From a virus (taxonomy: Duplodnaviria; Heunggongvirae; Uroviricota; Caudoviricetes), in the IMG/VR virus record IMGVR_UViG_3300048598_000131: a stretch of DNA of 25,708 nucleotides; one strand, 5' to 3'. A model generated the notes under the pieces. It saw only the letters and a program-made list of their open reading frames with translations. It was not told the DNA's origin and searched no databases. Shown in pieces: positions 9,715-18,532 of the stretch. The stretch's first letter is position 1; the number at the start of each line of letters is the position of its first letter. A program made the translations under genes and the position numbers.

Positions 9715-9749
9715 TTTACACACTAGATGACTTTTAGTATTGTTGAATT
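9715..9749 (+). promoter_or_regulatory. Sigma70-like promoter, predicted leaderless transcript
   Basis: TTTACA (9715-9720), 17 bp, TATTGT (9738-9743), 6 bp, ATG (9750). Confidence 0.6.
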
Positions 9750-10034
9750 ATGCAAGATGACGTCATGAAGAGCTGCATGCAGCACATAGCTAACGTGCAA
9801 AAGCTCAACGAATTAGGTAGGATAAAATGGACAAAGCTGGATACCAGTGGCGAATCGACGAAGTTTAAATCATATACCGGGTATGCAGCTTGCTATAATA
9901 TAAATATAGCACAGGCTGAAGGTGAGATTTATCTGGGCATGATCGCCTGTCTTACTACTGAAAGTCCTACGGTTATAAATCTGCCACAAGACGTGGCTAA
10001 ATCATTGTATATGTCGGCTGTAACTAAGGTATGA
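9750..10034 (+). CDS. Hypothetical protein
   Basis: 94-aa ORF behind a promoter, ATGA-coupled to the next gene. Confidence 0.75.
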   Translation: MQDDVMKSCMQHIANVQKLNELGRIKWTKLDTSGESTKFKSYTGYAACYNINIAQAEGEIYLGMIACLTTESPTVINLPQDVAKSLYMSAVTKV

Positions 10035-10339
10035 AAACTTGGATTGGAGTTGATTTTGATGGGACATTGGCTGCGTATCACGGCTATAAAGGAAAGCAGT
10101 TAGGAAAGCCAGTGGATAAGATGGTAAATCGTGTACTGCAATGGGTAAAAGATGGCAAAACAGTGAAAATTTTTACCGCACGCGCTGCCGATAAATCGCA
10201 GGTGCAAGCTATTAAAGATTGGCTCAAAGCTAATGATTTACCTGATTTAGAAGTGACGAATGTAAAGGACAAAGGTATGACTCAGTTGTGGGATGACCGG
10301 GCTGTTGGTATTAAAATTAACACAGGTGAACCAAAATGA
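10031..10339 (+). CDS. Small cap-less HAD-superfamily hydrolase/phosphatase
   Basis: Motif I VDFDGT, motif II FTAR, Lys in VTNVKD, motif IV WDDRA. Confidence 0.8.
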   Translation: MKTWIGVDFDGTLAAYHGYKGKQLGKPVDKMVNRVLQWVKDGKTVKIFTARAADKSQVQAIKDWLKANDLPDLEVTNVKDKGMTQLWDDRAVGIKINTGEPK

Positions 10340-10950
10340 GAGGTAAATTTATCGTTATTGAAGGCCAAGATGGCCTTGGAAAGACCACTCAGGCAAAGCT
10401 TCTATGCGATTACTGTACGCGCTTAGGCAGGCCTGTAGCAAGCTTACGAGAGCCAGGCGGCACAAGCCTAGGCGAGGACCTACGGACGCTTATTAAAGGG
10501 CATACGGAAGATATTGATCCATATGCGGAGCTGATGCTACTATGCGCTAGTCGAATACAGCTAGTGAAGCAGGTTATTGAGCCTACTTTGGCCGAGGGAA
10601 CGATCGTCGTGTGCGATCGTTACTTTTATAGCAGCATTGCCTACCAGATTTACGGATATGATTTACTGCGCAGCAGCAAAAATAACCAAGTTTTTGATTT
10701 AGTAGCTGCTAGCACACGTGGATTGTACCCAGATGCCACGATTTTTCTAACCGGTAATAGTTGGAGAGGCTTAGATGGCAATGATTATTTTGAGCGGCAC
10801 ACTGAGGATTATTTTGATCGTGTGGCAGAAGGCTACGATAAAATGGCCGAGGAATATTCTAATTTAAGCTGTGTTAATGCGAATAGACCAGTTCATGAGG
10901 TGCATGCGTCTATAATAGCTGCTTTGCACGATTTAGGCTGCGCAGGCTAG
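10336..10950 (+). CDS. tmk: Thymidylate (dTMP) kinase
   Basis: GKFIVIEGQDGLGKTTQ P-loop, REPGGT, ELMLLCASR, VVCDRYFYSSIAYQ signature. Confidence 0.95.
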   Translation: MRGKFIVIEGQDGLGKTTQAKLLCDYCTRLGRPVASLREPGGTSLGEDLRTLIKGHTEDIDPYAELMLLCASRIQLVKQVIEPTLAEGTIVVCDRYFYSSIAYQIYGYDLLRSSKNNQVFDLVAASTRGLYPDATIFLTGNSWRGLDGNDYFERHTEDYFDRVAEGYDKMAEEYSNLSCVNANRPVHEVHASIIAALHDLGCAG

Positions 10951-11126
10951 TCCGTGCGTGACATGGGCGGGTCTGATAGCGGTGATGCATATCCGTTGAT
11001 CTTATGCGAGGCTAGCGCTAATTGATACGCTAGGTATAGCGCTTCGTCAGAGGTGAGGCGCACGTTTTTTGCGCCTACGAGCTTTATGCACGTTTTTTCA
11101 GGCACAACTTGAACTTTGCGCGTCAC
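10947..11126 (-). CDS. Probable 59-aa protein missed by the ORF track (VTRKVQVVPEK...VRLTSDEALYLAYQLALASHK...)
   Basis: Hand-translated GTG 11126 to TAG 10947. It fills the gap between tmk and the array, and its stop overlaps the tmk stop in the palindrome CTAG. Confidence 0.55.
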   Translation of the reverse strand: MTRKVQVVPEKTCIKLVGAKNVRLTSDEALYLAYQLALASHKINGYASPLSDPPMSRTD

Positions 11127-11158
11127 ATATTAGCTACAGCGCGAATAGCGCCGATCTA

Positions 11159-11467
11159 TCAAATCTGCATTGGTAATATTCGGGCGTGCTTTTTGATGCG
11201 AGATTCGAGTAGCGCGATGAAACTTTCAAGTGTGTCAGTTGCTTTCAATTTGTGCATTAGATCGAGGTACAGTTTAAATTTGTGTTGGTCTAGCTCGTAA
11301 ATATATACAGTATTACTTGAATAGAATGTAAGTGTAGTAGTATCATCTAGCGAGAATTCTTCTATACTAAATTGTAAAAGGTTCAGTGTATACCTTTGGT
11401 AAGGTGTATACCTTTTGTAAGCTTCGTCTAGGTACAAGATCGCAGAATAGTAGGCGTTTACGCACAT
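11159..11467 (-). CDS. Hypothetical protein, terminal gene of the minus-strand block (possibly a very degenerate array member)
   Basis: 102-aa ORF overlapping the upstream gene by 10 nt; lacks the NK-LL start; has a C-terminal amphipathic helix pair. Confidence 0.6.
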   Translation of the reverse strand: MCVNAYYSAILYLDEAYKRYTPYQRYTLNLLQFSIEEFSLDDTTTLTFYSSNTVYIYELDQHKFKLYLDLMHKLKATDTLESFIALLESRIKKHARILPMQI

Positions 11468-11886
11468 TTTGGTACTAAGTTATTTATCATTAATCTTTTG
11501 AGAGTTGCAACATTTTTACGCTTATTTTTGCTCAGATGCTGTAACCAGCCTATCACATACTTTATGGCTAAATCTCCACGTTTAAAATCGAATTCGTAAT
11601 GCATTAGGTGCTCATGCGTATCGTCTGACGAATTGGAGCCTATTACGTGGTTTGTTCTATAAAAGGCGTACGCGCTGTAAACCATTTTAGCTAGTGTGCA
11701 TTTTCGTTCAACTGAATGCATAGAGCCAGATATAAGAGGTTCTACGATGCCTATGCGTAAAGCGTTAGAACTAAGGACGTATATGACTAAGTCAAAATCA
11801 TCAGGTAGCCTAGCTATTTTTGAATAGCTTCTACTGCTAATGCCGCCGAAGTAGGTAAGCAGCCGTATTTTTCGTTTTAGTTTCAT
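11458..11886 (-). CDS. Hypothetical protein, possible degenerate array member
   Basis: 142 aa, basic N-terminus KRKIRLL, ATGA overlap with the upstream gene. Confidence 0.7.
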   Translation of the reverse strand: MKLKRKIRLLTYFGGISSRSYSKIARLPDDFDLVIYVLSSNALRIGIVEPLISGSMHSVERKCTLAKMVYSAYAFYRTNHVIGSNSSDDTHEHLMHYEFDFKRGDLAIKYVIGWLQHLSKNKRKNVATLKRLMINNLVPKCA

Positions 11887-12383
11887 GTCCGATAGACGCT
11901 TTTAACTTTTGCCACTATTTCTGAGAACGCTGTATTAGGTTGAATAGACTTGTTTACAGCGATTAGTTTAGAAATTGTATTACGTAGTTGTTTCAGGCTG
12001 TGCGAAGTCATTGTGCATTGTACGATTGCGCCGTCGCTTGTTGCATCCCAGTGCGCGTAATAGAATTTAGTTTCAGCGTGAACTATATTTGCATAAGGAT
12101 TATTCGCTAGTACAGTCCCAGAAAGAAGACGCGTATAGGTAGGCATGCGAACTTTAGTTAAATCTATAATATCAGTATCTATACGTAAGTCTGAATCAGT
12201 GTGTTTTTTACGCTGGTTTAGCGGCCATATACACGAAATAGATTCTGTAAACGAATTCACACGAGTAGCGATTACTGCCTGTTTAGACACAGCATAAAAC
12301 ACGAGACGTTCAATGTACAGGCCATGAGGTTTAAACTCGGTGTGACCGTGCAGTATTAGCTTTTCTTTTGTTTTTAGATTCAT
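11883..12383 (-). CDS. Hypothetical protein, possible degenerate array member
   Basis: 166 aa, N-terminus MNLKTKEKLIL. Confidence 0.7.
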   Translation of the reverse strand: MNLKTKEKLILHGHTEFKPHGLYIERLVFYAVSKQAVIATRVNSFTESISCIWPLNQRKKHTDSDLRIDTDIIDLTKVRMPTYTRLLSGTVLANNPYANIVHAETKFYYAHWDATSDGAIVQCTMTSHSLKQLRNTISKLIAVNKSIQPNTAFSEIVAKVKSVYRT

Positions 12384-12810
12384 GTGCGAGTAAAATTTTG
12401 GTTAGATTTCGCATAGCGTCGGCGCCGCTCGTGTTATAACCAGTAGAATAAAACCACTGACCAATTAGCATTTTAATTCTGTCGAGTGCTCTGTTACTTC
12501 CAGCTGTACCTAAGCTACAAGTGTCAAGGTGAAAGTGGGTAGTTAAATGCGAGAATTCCATCGTAAAATCGGTTGAAATGTAAGGACATCGATCTTTAAT
12601 CTTATATGCCTTCTTTACTGACTTAATAGCCGTGCTCGGACCATACACGTCTAGACTTAAGTCTATTGGACTAACGTGAATGTAGACACGAACGCTACAG
12701 ATTGGGTCTTCTAGAGAATAGCACATTTTAGCGTAGTCTCCTCTAACGTCGTCTGCGCCGTGGCTTACTGTAGTGTCTAGCAGTAATTTGTTTTTGTTTA
12801 ATGTATTCAC
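12331..12810 (-). CDS. Array paralogue (divergent)
   Basis: GTG start; NKNKLLL near the N-terminus; WFYSTGY followed by a terminal helix. Confidence 0.75.
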   Translation of the reverse strand: MNTLNKNKLLLDTTVSHGADDVRGDYAKMCYSLEDPICSVRVYIHVSPIDLSLDVYGPSTAIKSVKKAYKIKDRCPYISTDFTMEFSHLTTHFHLDTCSLGTAGSNRALDRIKMLIGQWFYSTGYNTSGADAMRNLTKILLAHESKNKRKANTARSHRV

Positions 12811-12826
12811 TGCGTAATTTGTACGA

Positions 12827-13237
12827 TTAGAGCGCTGCCATATTAGCTAAAAATGATTCTATGGCAGAATGTATTGTAGTTGTATAGTTTAAGCTAAGCA
12901 TCCATTTCGATAGGTAGATAGAGAATTCTCGCGTAATCACTGCACTATTAAAAAATACTTTAGCTTCTACTAAGGATAGTGTAGCTGAATCGTAGAACAG
13001 GCTTACGTTTGCTTTGTCGTAGGACATGTACCGGTCTCCGTAGAATTGGTTTTGTAACGGACGTCTGAGTCTGAATTCTAAGCTTATATTACTTTCGTGA
13101 TAGAGTACATGAAAGTGCTTTGTAAACATAAAAATACTAAGTTTATGAGTAGTATCAGTAAGGTTTATGCAGTCGTCTAAGTCACTAACAGGACCAGCTA
13201 TTAAGCGATTTAGAATCTTATTTTTGGTTATAGGCAT
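12827..13237 (-). CDS. Array paralogue (divergent)
   Basis: KNKILN near the start; KWMLSLNY motif. Confidence 0.8.
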   Translation of the reverse strand: MPITKNKILNRLIAGPVSDLDDCINLTDTTHKLSIFMFTKHFHVLYHESNISLEFRLRRPLQNQFYGDRYMSYDKANVSLFYDSATLSLVEAKVFFNSAVITREFSIYLSKWMLSLNYTTTIHSAIESFLANMAAL

Positions 13238-13761
13238 ACTAGCCGATGTGTAGTTGTCCTCATCACGTGCTTAAATGAATCCATGATAGCTAAAGTGGGC
13301 AGGCCGTATTTAACCTTAAGCATCCAGTTGAACACACTTGATTCTATTTTAAGTTTATACGCTATTTTGCATTCTAGCGAATTACCGTAAAATGCGATAC
13401 AGAACGTGTGCGCAGGTTCAACGATGACTGATGTCTCATATATCGTGTGCCTTTTACTGTAGCTGATTATAGCATAGTTTTCGCTTGAATTAGCTTCGTG
13501 TATGCTCCATGCATTTTCAGAATATAAACTAAGTGACTTGCTGTATAAGGCTTCATCGTTAGCGTTAGATAGTTTTTTAGTGTGGTCTATTATGCTTACT
13601 ACGGCTACGCCTGCATTGGAGTATTCGAATAGGCTAATGCGAGCGTGTTTAGTATAAACGTGCACTCCGTAAGGATTGCTTTCTAAGTTCAGCACATGGC
13701 AGCTGAATGGCAGGCTAGGATAGGCTACACATTTGTTTAAAATTATCTGCTTGTTTGTCAT
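13228..13761 (-). CDS. Array paralogue (divergent, longer)
   Basis: ATG at 13761 preferred over TTG at 13767; MTNKQIILN; NWMLKVKYG. Confidence 0.8.
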   Translation of the reverse strand: MTNKQIILNKCVAYPSLPFSCHVLNLESNPYGVHVYTKHARISLFEYSNAGVAVVSIIDHTKKLSNANDEALYSKSLSLYSENAWSIHEANSSENYAIISYSKRHTIYETSVIVEPAHTFCIAFYGNSLECKIAYKLKIESSVFNWMLKVKYGLPTLAIMDSFKHVMRTTTHRLVCL

Positions 13762-13767
13762 AGCCAA

Positions 13768-14229
13768 TTATGTGCTTTTAATACCGAGTAGCGTAGGCAT
13801 TACGTCATCAATGGCTATATTATACTTTAGACTGAGCAACCTTGTCCTAAGTCTTATGTTTAAATCTGTTTTATTCTGTAGTCTTAGGTGTCTTAAGCCG
13901 TTAGCTTTGAACGCCACATGCATTTGTCTATATTGCGTGTAATGCATGTATCCAATAGGTGTATAGATAACTGGATATTGGTCAGGTTTTTTACAGTGGT
14001 CTATGCTGATCTCTAGGTCAAAATTGCTCATAGCTAGTGTAAGACCTATATTCGGCAGTATAGAACTTCGGTTAACCATGATATGAAGGTGCGTTTCAGT
14101 GCCTGAATAAGTAGGATCTAGAACAAGGCGAACATGCTTTAATATCACATCTGTTACACAGGTATTTTGCGCGTTAACCGGCGTACCGTATGTTTCTTGC
14201 GTAGTCAATAATCTGTGCTTGTTGTGCAT
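13768..14229 (-). CDS. Array paralogue (divergent)
   Basis: MHNKHRLL; RLLSLKYN. Confidence 0.8.
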   Translation of the reverse strand: MHNKHRLLTTQETYGTPVNAQNTCVTDVILKHVRLVLDPTYSGTETHLHIMVNRSSILPNIGLTLAMSNFDLEISIDHCKKPDQYPVIYTPIGYMHYTQYRQMHVAFKANGLRHLRLQNKTDLNIRLRTRLLSLKYNIAIDDVMPTLLGIKST

Positions 14230-14232
14230 AAG

Positions 14233-14625
14233 CTATGCGGTTTTCATACAGTTAGCAAAGTTAGCTATAATTTGTTCTAAATCTTCAGCGTACAATAGGC
14301 TATTTGTCCATTTTATCAGTTTTAAGTTTAAATTTAACATTTCGGTAGAACGACAATTAAACAAGGTACAGCTTTTAGTGCTGTAAATGAGCTGAATATC
14401 ATAAGGACTATCTAGGGGCTCTCCACTTTTTAAAATGGATTTTTTCTTTGGCTTATCATTGTAGATGGTTAGCGTTGAAAGACCGCCCCACGTGTTGAAT
14501 TTTATGCTAATTTCAGCAACTTTTGTACGTACATCTATTTCTGCGAGATCGCGCTTAGGCTTGCAACAGCGGTAATAAGCGTAATTAAAGGCACTGAAGC
14601 GCTGCAATAGCTTTTGTTTGTTCAT
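14233..14625 (-). CDS. Array paralogue
   Basis: MNKQKLL; KWTNSLLY. Confidence 0.85.
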   Translation of the reverse strand: MNKQKLLQRFSAFNYAYYRCCKPKRDLAEIDVRTKVAEISIKFNTWGGLSTLTIYNDKPKKKSILKSGEPLDSPYDIQLIYSTKSCTLFNCRSTEMLNLNLKLIKWTNSLLYAEDLEQIIANFANCMKTA

Positions 14626-14628
14626 TGG

Positions 14629-15063
14629 CTAAAGGCTATTTAGAAGGTTAAGTAGACAAGGCGTAAATTCGCTAGGTTTGACACTGAATTTTAGACCTGC
14701 TATCCATAGGCCTATTTTTCTGTCTATTATTGAAGAGAAAGGAGCTGCATGTTTAAATTTTATGCCGATGCTAACGTCTTGCTTTGACTCCGGTCTGTTA
14801 ACCGTCGAGAGCGTGCATATGGCATTTGGAGTTTCTATAGGGTCTGTGACCGGAATTACTTCATCAATAGAATAGTTTAGCGCACATAAATAAATTCGTT
14901 TCAAACCATCTATAGAATAATATCTAGTGTATAAAATAGATAGATGCTTTAGCTTGATTACAGTAGCATGCCGATTACCTAGGTTAATTAGATATCGATT
15001 TGAGCTATCCATGTGCTGCTCTGAGTTATGCCTAAATTTCTGTAAAATAAATGCTTTGTTCAT
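14629..15063 (-). CDS. Array paralogue
   Basis: MNKAFIL; LWIAGLKF. Confidence 0.85.
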   Translation of the reverse strand: MNKAFILQKFRHNSEQHMDSSNRYLINLGNRHATVIKLKHLSILYTRYYSIDGLKRIYLCALNYSIDEVIPVTDPIETPNAICTLSTVNRPESKQDVSIGIKFKHAAPFSSIIDRKIGLWIAGLKFSVKPSEFTPCLLNLLNSL

Positions 15064-15066
15064 GGC

Positions 15067-15525
15067 CTAGATTTCGGATAGCATACGTACAAGACTTGAT
15101 AGCGTAGTCCTGGAACTTTCAGCGTAAGGCCGGGAAAGCATCCACGCTATTATTTTGCTGTGAGTTACAGCCGTAGCAGTAGGTATGCTGAGAGGCGTTT
15201 TAATACTTAAGGTTATACCGTGTTTTGTATAGCATCCTTTGTCTTCACTACAGACCTTTTTGCTTTTATATCCGTTTAGCTCTATGTGCGCGTATTCGCT
15301 CGCAGATATGAGCGCATATGTCTTATTTTCTAGGCATGGCACCGTAAGTTTTATACTGGATTCAATGTAAATAGTAGCATGATTATATTTGTGCCAGTTG
15401 CACATATTATTGAATATAATTAGTGTATTTTTAGTTTTTACACGTAAATTATCACAGATTGTTATGCCATAGTCAGAATAGATGTGTACCATTTGAAATG
15501 CTTTTACTATCTTTGCTTTGTTCAT
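15067..15525 (-). CDS. Array paralogue
   Basis: MNKAKIV; AWMLSRPY. Confidence 0.85.
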   Translation of the reverse strand: MNKAKIVKAFQMVHIYSDYGITICDNLRVKTKNTLIIFNNMCNWHKYNHATIYIESSIKLTVPCLENKTYALISASEYAHIELNGYKSKKVCSEDKGCYTKHGITLSIKTPLSIPTATAVTHSKIIAWMLSRPYAESSRTTLSSLVRMLSEI

Positions 15526-15528
15526 GAT

Positions 15529-15942
15529 CTAGATTGTGGCTATAGTGTTAATTAGGCCAGATAGCGCGGTCTTTTGATCTATTCTGTAGTTGAGCACTCG
15601 CACGTACTTTTCTATTTGAGTGCGCGTATAGTTTAATCCTATATTACGGAATATATAAATTTTAATTTCTAAACTATTACAATTATTTTTGGAGCAGCTA
15701 GATCTAGTGCCCACATGCTTAATAATTTTAGAATCAAATCGATTAGACTTGATGTGCGTATCTAAATCTTTTATGTAGTCGTAATTACTATCGCTAAAGT
15801 GAGTTGTGACGAATACAGTGATAGCTTGCAAGTTGTTTTCAGAATATATTGTAGTCTGAAAGCGTTTAAGATACAGATTTAAAGAAGTGCTGGTTATATT
15901 ATCTCTGTATATGATAGACTGTAATAGTCGTTCTTTGTTCAT
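15529..15942 (-). CDS. Array paralogue
   Basis: MNKERLL; KYVRVLNY. Confidence 0.85.
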   Translation of the reverse strand: MNKERLLQSIIYRDNITSTSLNLYLKRFQTTIYSENNLQAITVFVTTHFSDSNYDYIKDLDTHIKSNRFDSKIIKHVGTRSSCSKNNCNSLEIKIYIFRNIGLNYTRTQIEKYVRVLNYRIDQKTALSGLINTIATI

Positions 15943-16364
15943 GCTTTGCTAATAGTTTGCTTTAGCTTTTTAACAGTGTCTTGTAACTTAAAACTGTAAG
16001 GCAGCAGAAGCATAAAATGTTTTATTTTTAAGTATATAGCTTTGGAAGTGTGGCCGGATATATTACACATGTTTGCGCTTATTACAGCAGAATATCTATT
16101 ACGGTTGTCGTGGCCAATGGTAAAGGCGTGCATGGTATACAAGTGGCATTTCCATTTAGCACTAGATCCTGTAATAGACTCAGGCAAATAAATCGGTGAT
16201 TGCGCTATAATACTGATATTCATTTGATCTCGATTGAACGAAAAATAGTTGTAGTACCTAAGAGTAATTAGACATTGCTTTAGTCGCACGTTTACGGCAT
16301 ACTCTTCTCTACATCGCTCATTTTCTGTAATGCTGTAAGTCTGTAGTAGCTTGTCTTTGTTCAT
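15939..16364 (-). CDS. Array paralogue
   Basis: MNKDKLL; HFMLLLPY. Confidence 0.85.
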   Translation of the reverse strand: MNKDKLLQTYSITENERCREEYAVNVRLKQCLITLRYYNYFSFNRDQMNISIIAQSPIYLPESITGSSAKWKCHLYTMHAFTIGHDNRNRYSAVISANMCNISGHTSKAIYLKIKHFMLLLPYSFKLQDTVKKLKQTISKA

Positions 16365-16807
16365 ATACTAGACAGTAGTTGTACTAAGCCCGCGCAAATG
16401 TCTTTTAAGCTTACCGTGTAGTGAACTGATAATATGTGCGCGCATACACACTGGCATAACTTCAGCTTGGAGGTCTCAACGCGTAATCTGAGCGTAAGCT
16501 CCATGTAGTGATCTATATAATATCGATCAATAGATCCAAATCCTATTCGTGATCGAGCAGTTTGGGTGTAAACACTGCGATAGACGCTAAGGTGATTTCC
16601 TCTGATATAGTCAGGCAGTTTTGGTCGAGTATTAGAAATGATGTAAATGATTCCACACCAAGTTCTAGCACAGATGTTTGTATCGCTAAATATAAGCTGG
16701 GCGTGCTTTAGCTTTGAATGAATAGCTGTTGGTAGGCGTGGACTGAATTCAGAGTAATTGAGTATATTGCCACGATTAAACTCATTTAGTAAAATCTGCT
16801 TGTTCAT
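16361..16807 (-). CDS. Array paralogue
   Basis: MNKQILL; AHILSVHY. Confidence 0.85.
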   Translation of the reverse strand: MNKQILLNEFNRGNILNYSEFSPRLPTAIHSKLKHAQLIFSDTNICARTWCGIIYIISNTRPKLPDYIRGNHLSVYRSVYTQTARSRIGFGSIDRYYIDHYMELTLRLRVETSKLKLCQCVCAHILSVHYTVSLKDICAGLVQLLSSI

Positions 16808-16810
16808 ATG

Positions 16811-17224
16811 CTAGTACGTTTCAATAAAGTGTTTTATGCAGGTTATTGCATCTTTTGGCTTGGAGCCGTAAGGGAGAGTTAGTAGCATATGAGCTATTTT
16901 CAAGAAAGTTGTATTTGCGTATGAAGCTGACATATGTAGGGTATTTACATAGAATGTGCCGTGATAGGGCCTATTGCGGTTAACTGGGCCTGTGGTATGT
17001 GCATAAGAGCTACAGTCACACTTAAGGTTTTTTCCTTTTATGCGATCAGGTAGACTAAAAGTCGTGTTTGATGCGATATTTATGGCTAGCTGTACCTCAA
17101 GGTCACTACGATAATAGACAAAGGTACTTATTTTTAGGTTTTTAAGTTGTACACACAAATTATGGCTGTGCTCAGCAGAAAACATCGTATGATCAAGTGT
17201 GTTTAATACGCGCTGTTTGTTCAT
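16811..17224 (-). CDS. Array paralogue
   Basis: MNKQRVL; HMLLTLPY. Confidence 0.85.
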   Translation of the reverse strand: MNKQRVLNTLDHTMFSAEHSHNLCVQLKNLKISTFVYYRSDLEVQLAINIASNTTFSLPDRIKGKNLKCDCSSYAHTTGPVNRNRPYHGTFYVNTLHMSASYANTTFLKIAHMLLTLPYGSKPKDAITCIKHFIETY

Positions 17225-17227
17225 GTT

Positions 17228-17662
17228 TTAGGTAGTGATAGCTTGTATCAATCTAGTTTCTACTTCTTGCTGTTTTGCATCATAGTTTAAGGACAGCATG
17301 AAGTATTTTATTCGAAGGTAAGTGGCACGTATGCTATCAGCGGGTATTCTTGTCTCATATAGAATAAAACTAGTTACGTACGCCTCTGGTAAGCTAAATC
17401 CGCTTAGAACAGTAAAAAGTTCAGAGCAATTACATGTCCAATTAGAATTTTCTAAGTACCGGTGTTCAGCTATTTTAAAAGGATTGCACGAGTCTACTCT
17501 AAGGTTAATAGAGCTGTGTCGGGTGTCCGTATAGTAATTATTCAGCATAAAGATAGTCATACTCTTTAGCCGTACTTCTACAGAGCTACTATTGATATCC
17601 TCTATATTAGCATACGTTGTTTTGTCTATAAAATTCTGCTGTAATACACGCTGCTTGTTCAT
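17228..17662 (-). CDS. Array paralogue
   Basis: MNKQRVL; YFMLSLNY. Confidence 0.85.
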   Translation of the reverse strand: MNKQRVLQQNFIDKTTYANIEDINSSSVEVRLKSMTIFMLNNYYTDTRHSSINLRVDSCNPFKIAEHRYLENSNWTCNCSELFTVLSGFSLPEAYVTSFILYETRIPADSIRATYLRIKYFMLSLNYDAKQQEVETRLIQAITT

Positions 17663-17665
17663 ATA

Positions 17666-18109
17666 CTATACTGATTCGATGAATTGTATTACACGTGTTA
17701 TTGTTTGTTGCAGTCCTAGGCCATAGGATATGGATAGCGCTAAAAGTCTTAGTTTAGCGTGTAAGCATAGAGTTTTAGCCGCGTCCTGACCAGGCGTTTT
17801 AAGACTAAGTTGAGAAGAATAAAGTATGGGGATTTTTGTATTGGGCGGAGGTTGAACTTGGGCATAGTTGGTACATTCGCATGTAAGACTTTTTGCCTTT
17901 ATGTCTGTAGGTATTCTAAACTCTTGGTGTGATAGAAACTCAATATGTATAATAGCTTTATTGCCCGATGCAAACGTGTAGGGCTTCGAGCATACATAGC
18001 GAATAACGATACATACGGACTTTATTCTGACGATTAGTGTATCATTAACTGCTGTGTTGTTCGCAATAGGAGTCTCTTGGTAGTGTTGCAGCAGTCGTTG
18101 TTTGTTCAT
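17666..18109 (-). CDS. Array paralogue
   Basis: MNKQRLL; RLLALSISY. Confidence 0.85.
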   Translation of the reverse strand: MNKQRLLQHYQETPIANNTAVNDTLIVRIKSVCIVIRYVCSKPYTFASGNKAIIHIEFLSHQEFRIPTDIKAKSLTCECTNYAQVQPPPNTKIPILYSSQLSLKTPGQDAAKTLCLHAKLRLLALSISYGLGLQQTITRVIQFIESV

Positions 18110-18112
18110 AGG

Positions 18113-18532
18113 CTAAGCTGTAGCAACAAAAGAAAGTATTTCATCTCTTAGACGCTGTAATTCTAGGCCATAGGGCATAGATAGTATCAGAAGGCGCAGT
18201 TTAACGTATATCGATAAGGTTTCAGTGTCTGTTGACTCTGGTGCGCTAATTGTAAGTGTAGAGCAATACTCTACAGTGCTTAAATCACAATCAGGCGCAC
18301 AAGCTAAATCATAGTTTTTATAGGAATATTGAATGTGCTTGGTGTAGCTGCCTGTAGGAATATTAAGCGGCTTACGCGCAAACACGTCCAAGACTATAAA
18401 TGCTGCCCACATGGAAGCTGATACGTAGCAAACAGTGGCATGCGCGTGCTTAAAGTAAACCTCTAGTGTATAACCTTCTGTCAGCGTGTTTGTACGACCG
18501 TCAATTCGTTGTAATAGTCGCTGTTTGTTCAT
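18113..18532 (-). CDS. Array paralogue
   Basis: MNKQRLL; LLILSMPY. Confidence 0.85.
   Translation of the reverse strand: MNKQRLLQRIDGRTNTLTEGYTLEVYFKHAHATVCYVSASMWAAFIVLDVFARKPLNIPTGSYTKHIQYSYKNYDLACAPDCDLSTVEYCSTLTISAPESTDTETLSIYVKLRLLILSMPYGLELQRLRDEILSFVATA

Noticed and set aside
17-10950. Genome-wide TAG reassignment (genetic code 15)
   Set aside because: The 639-aa and 1854-aa ORFs contain no in-frame TAG, and tmk and the 2H gene end at TAG at sensible domain boundaries. Only local or conditional read-through remains possible.
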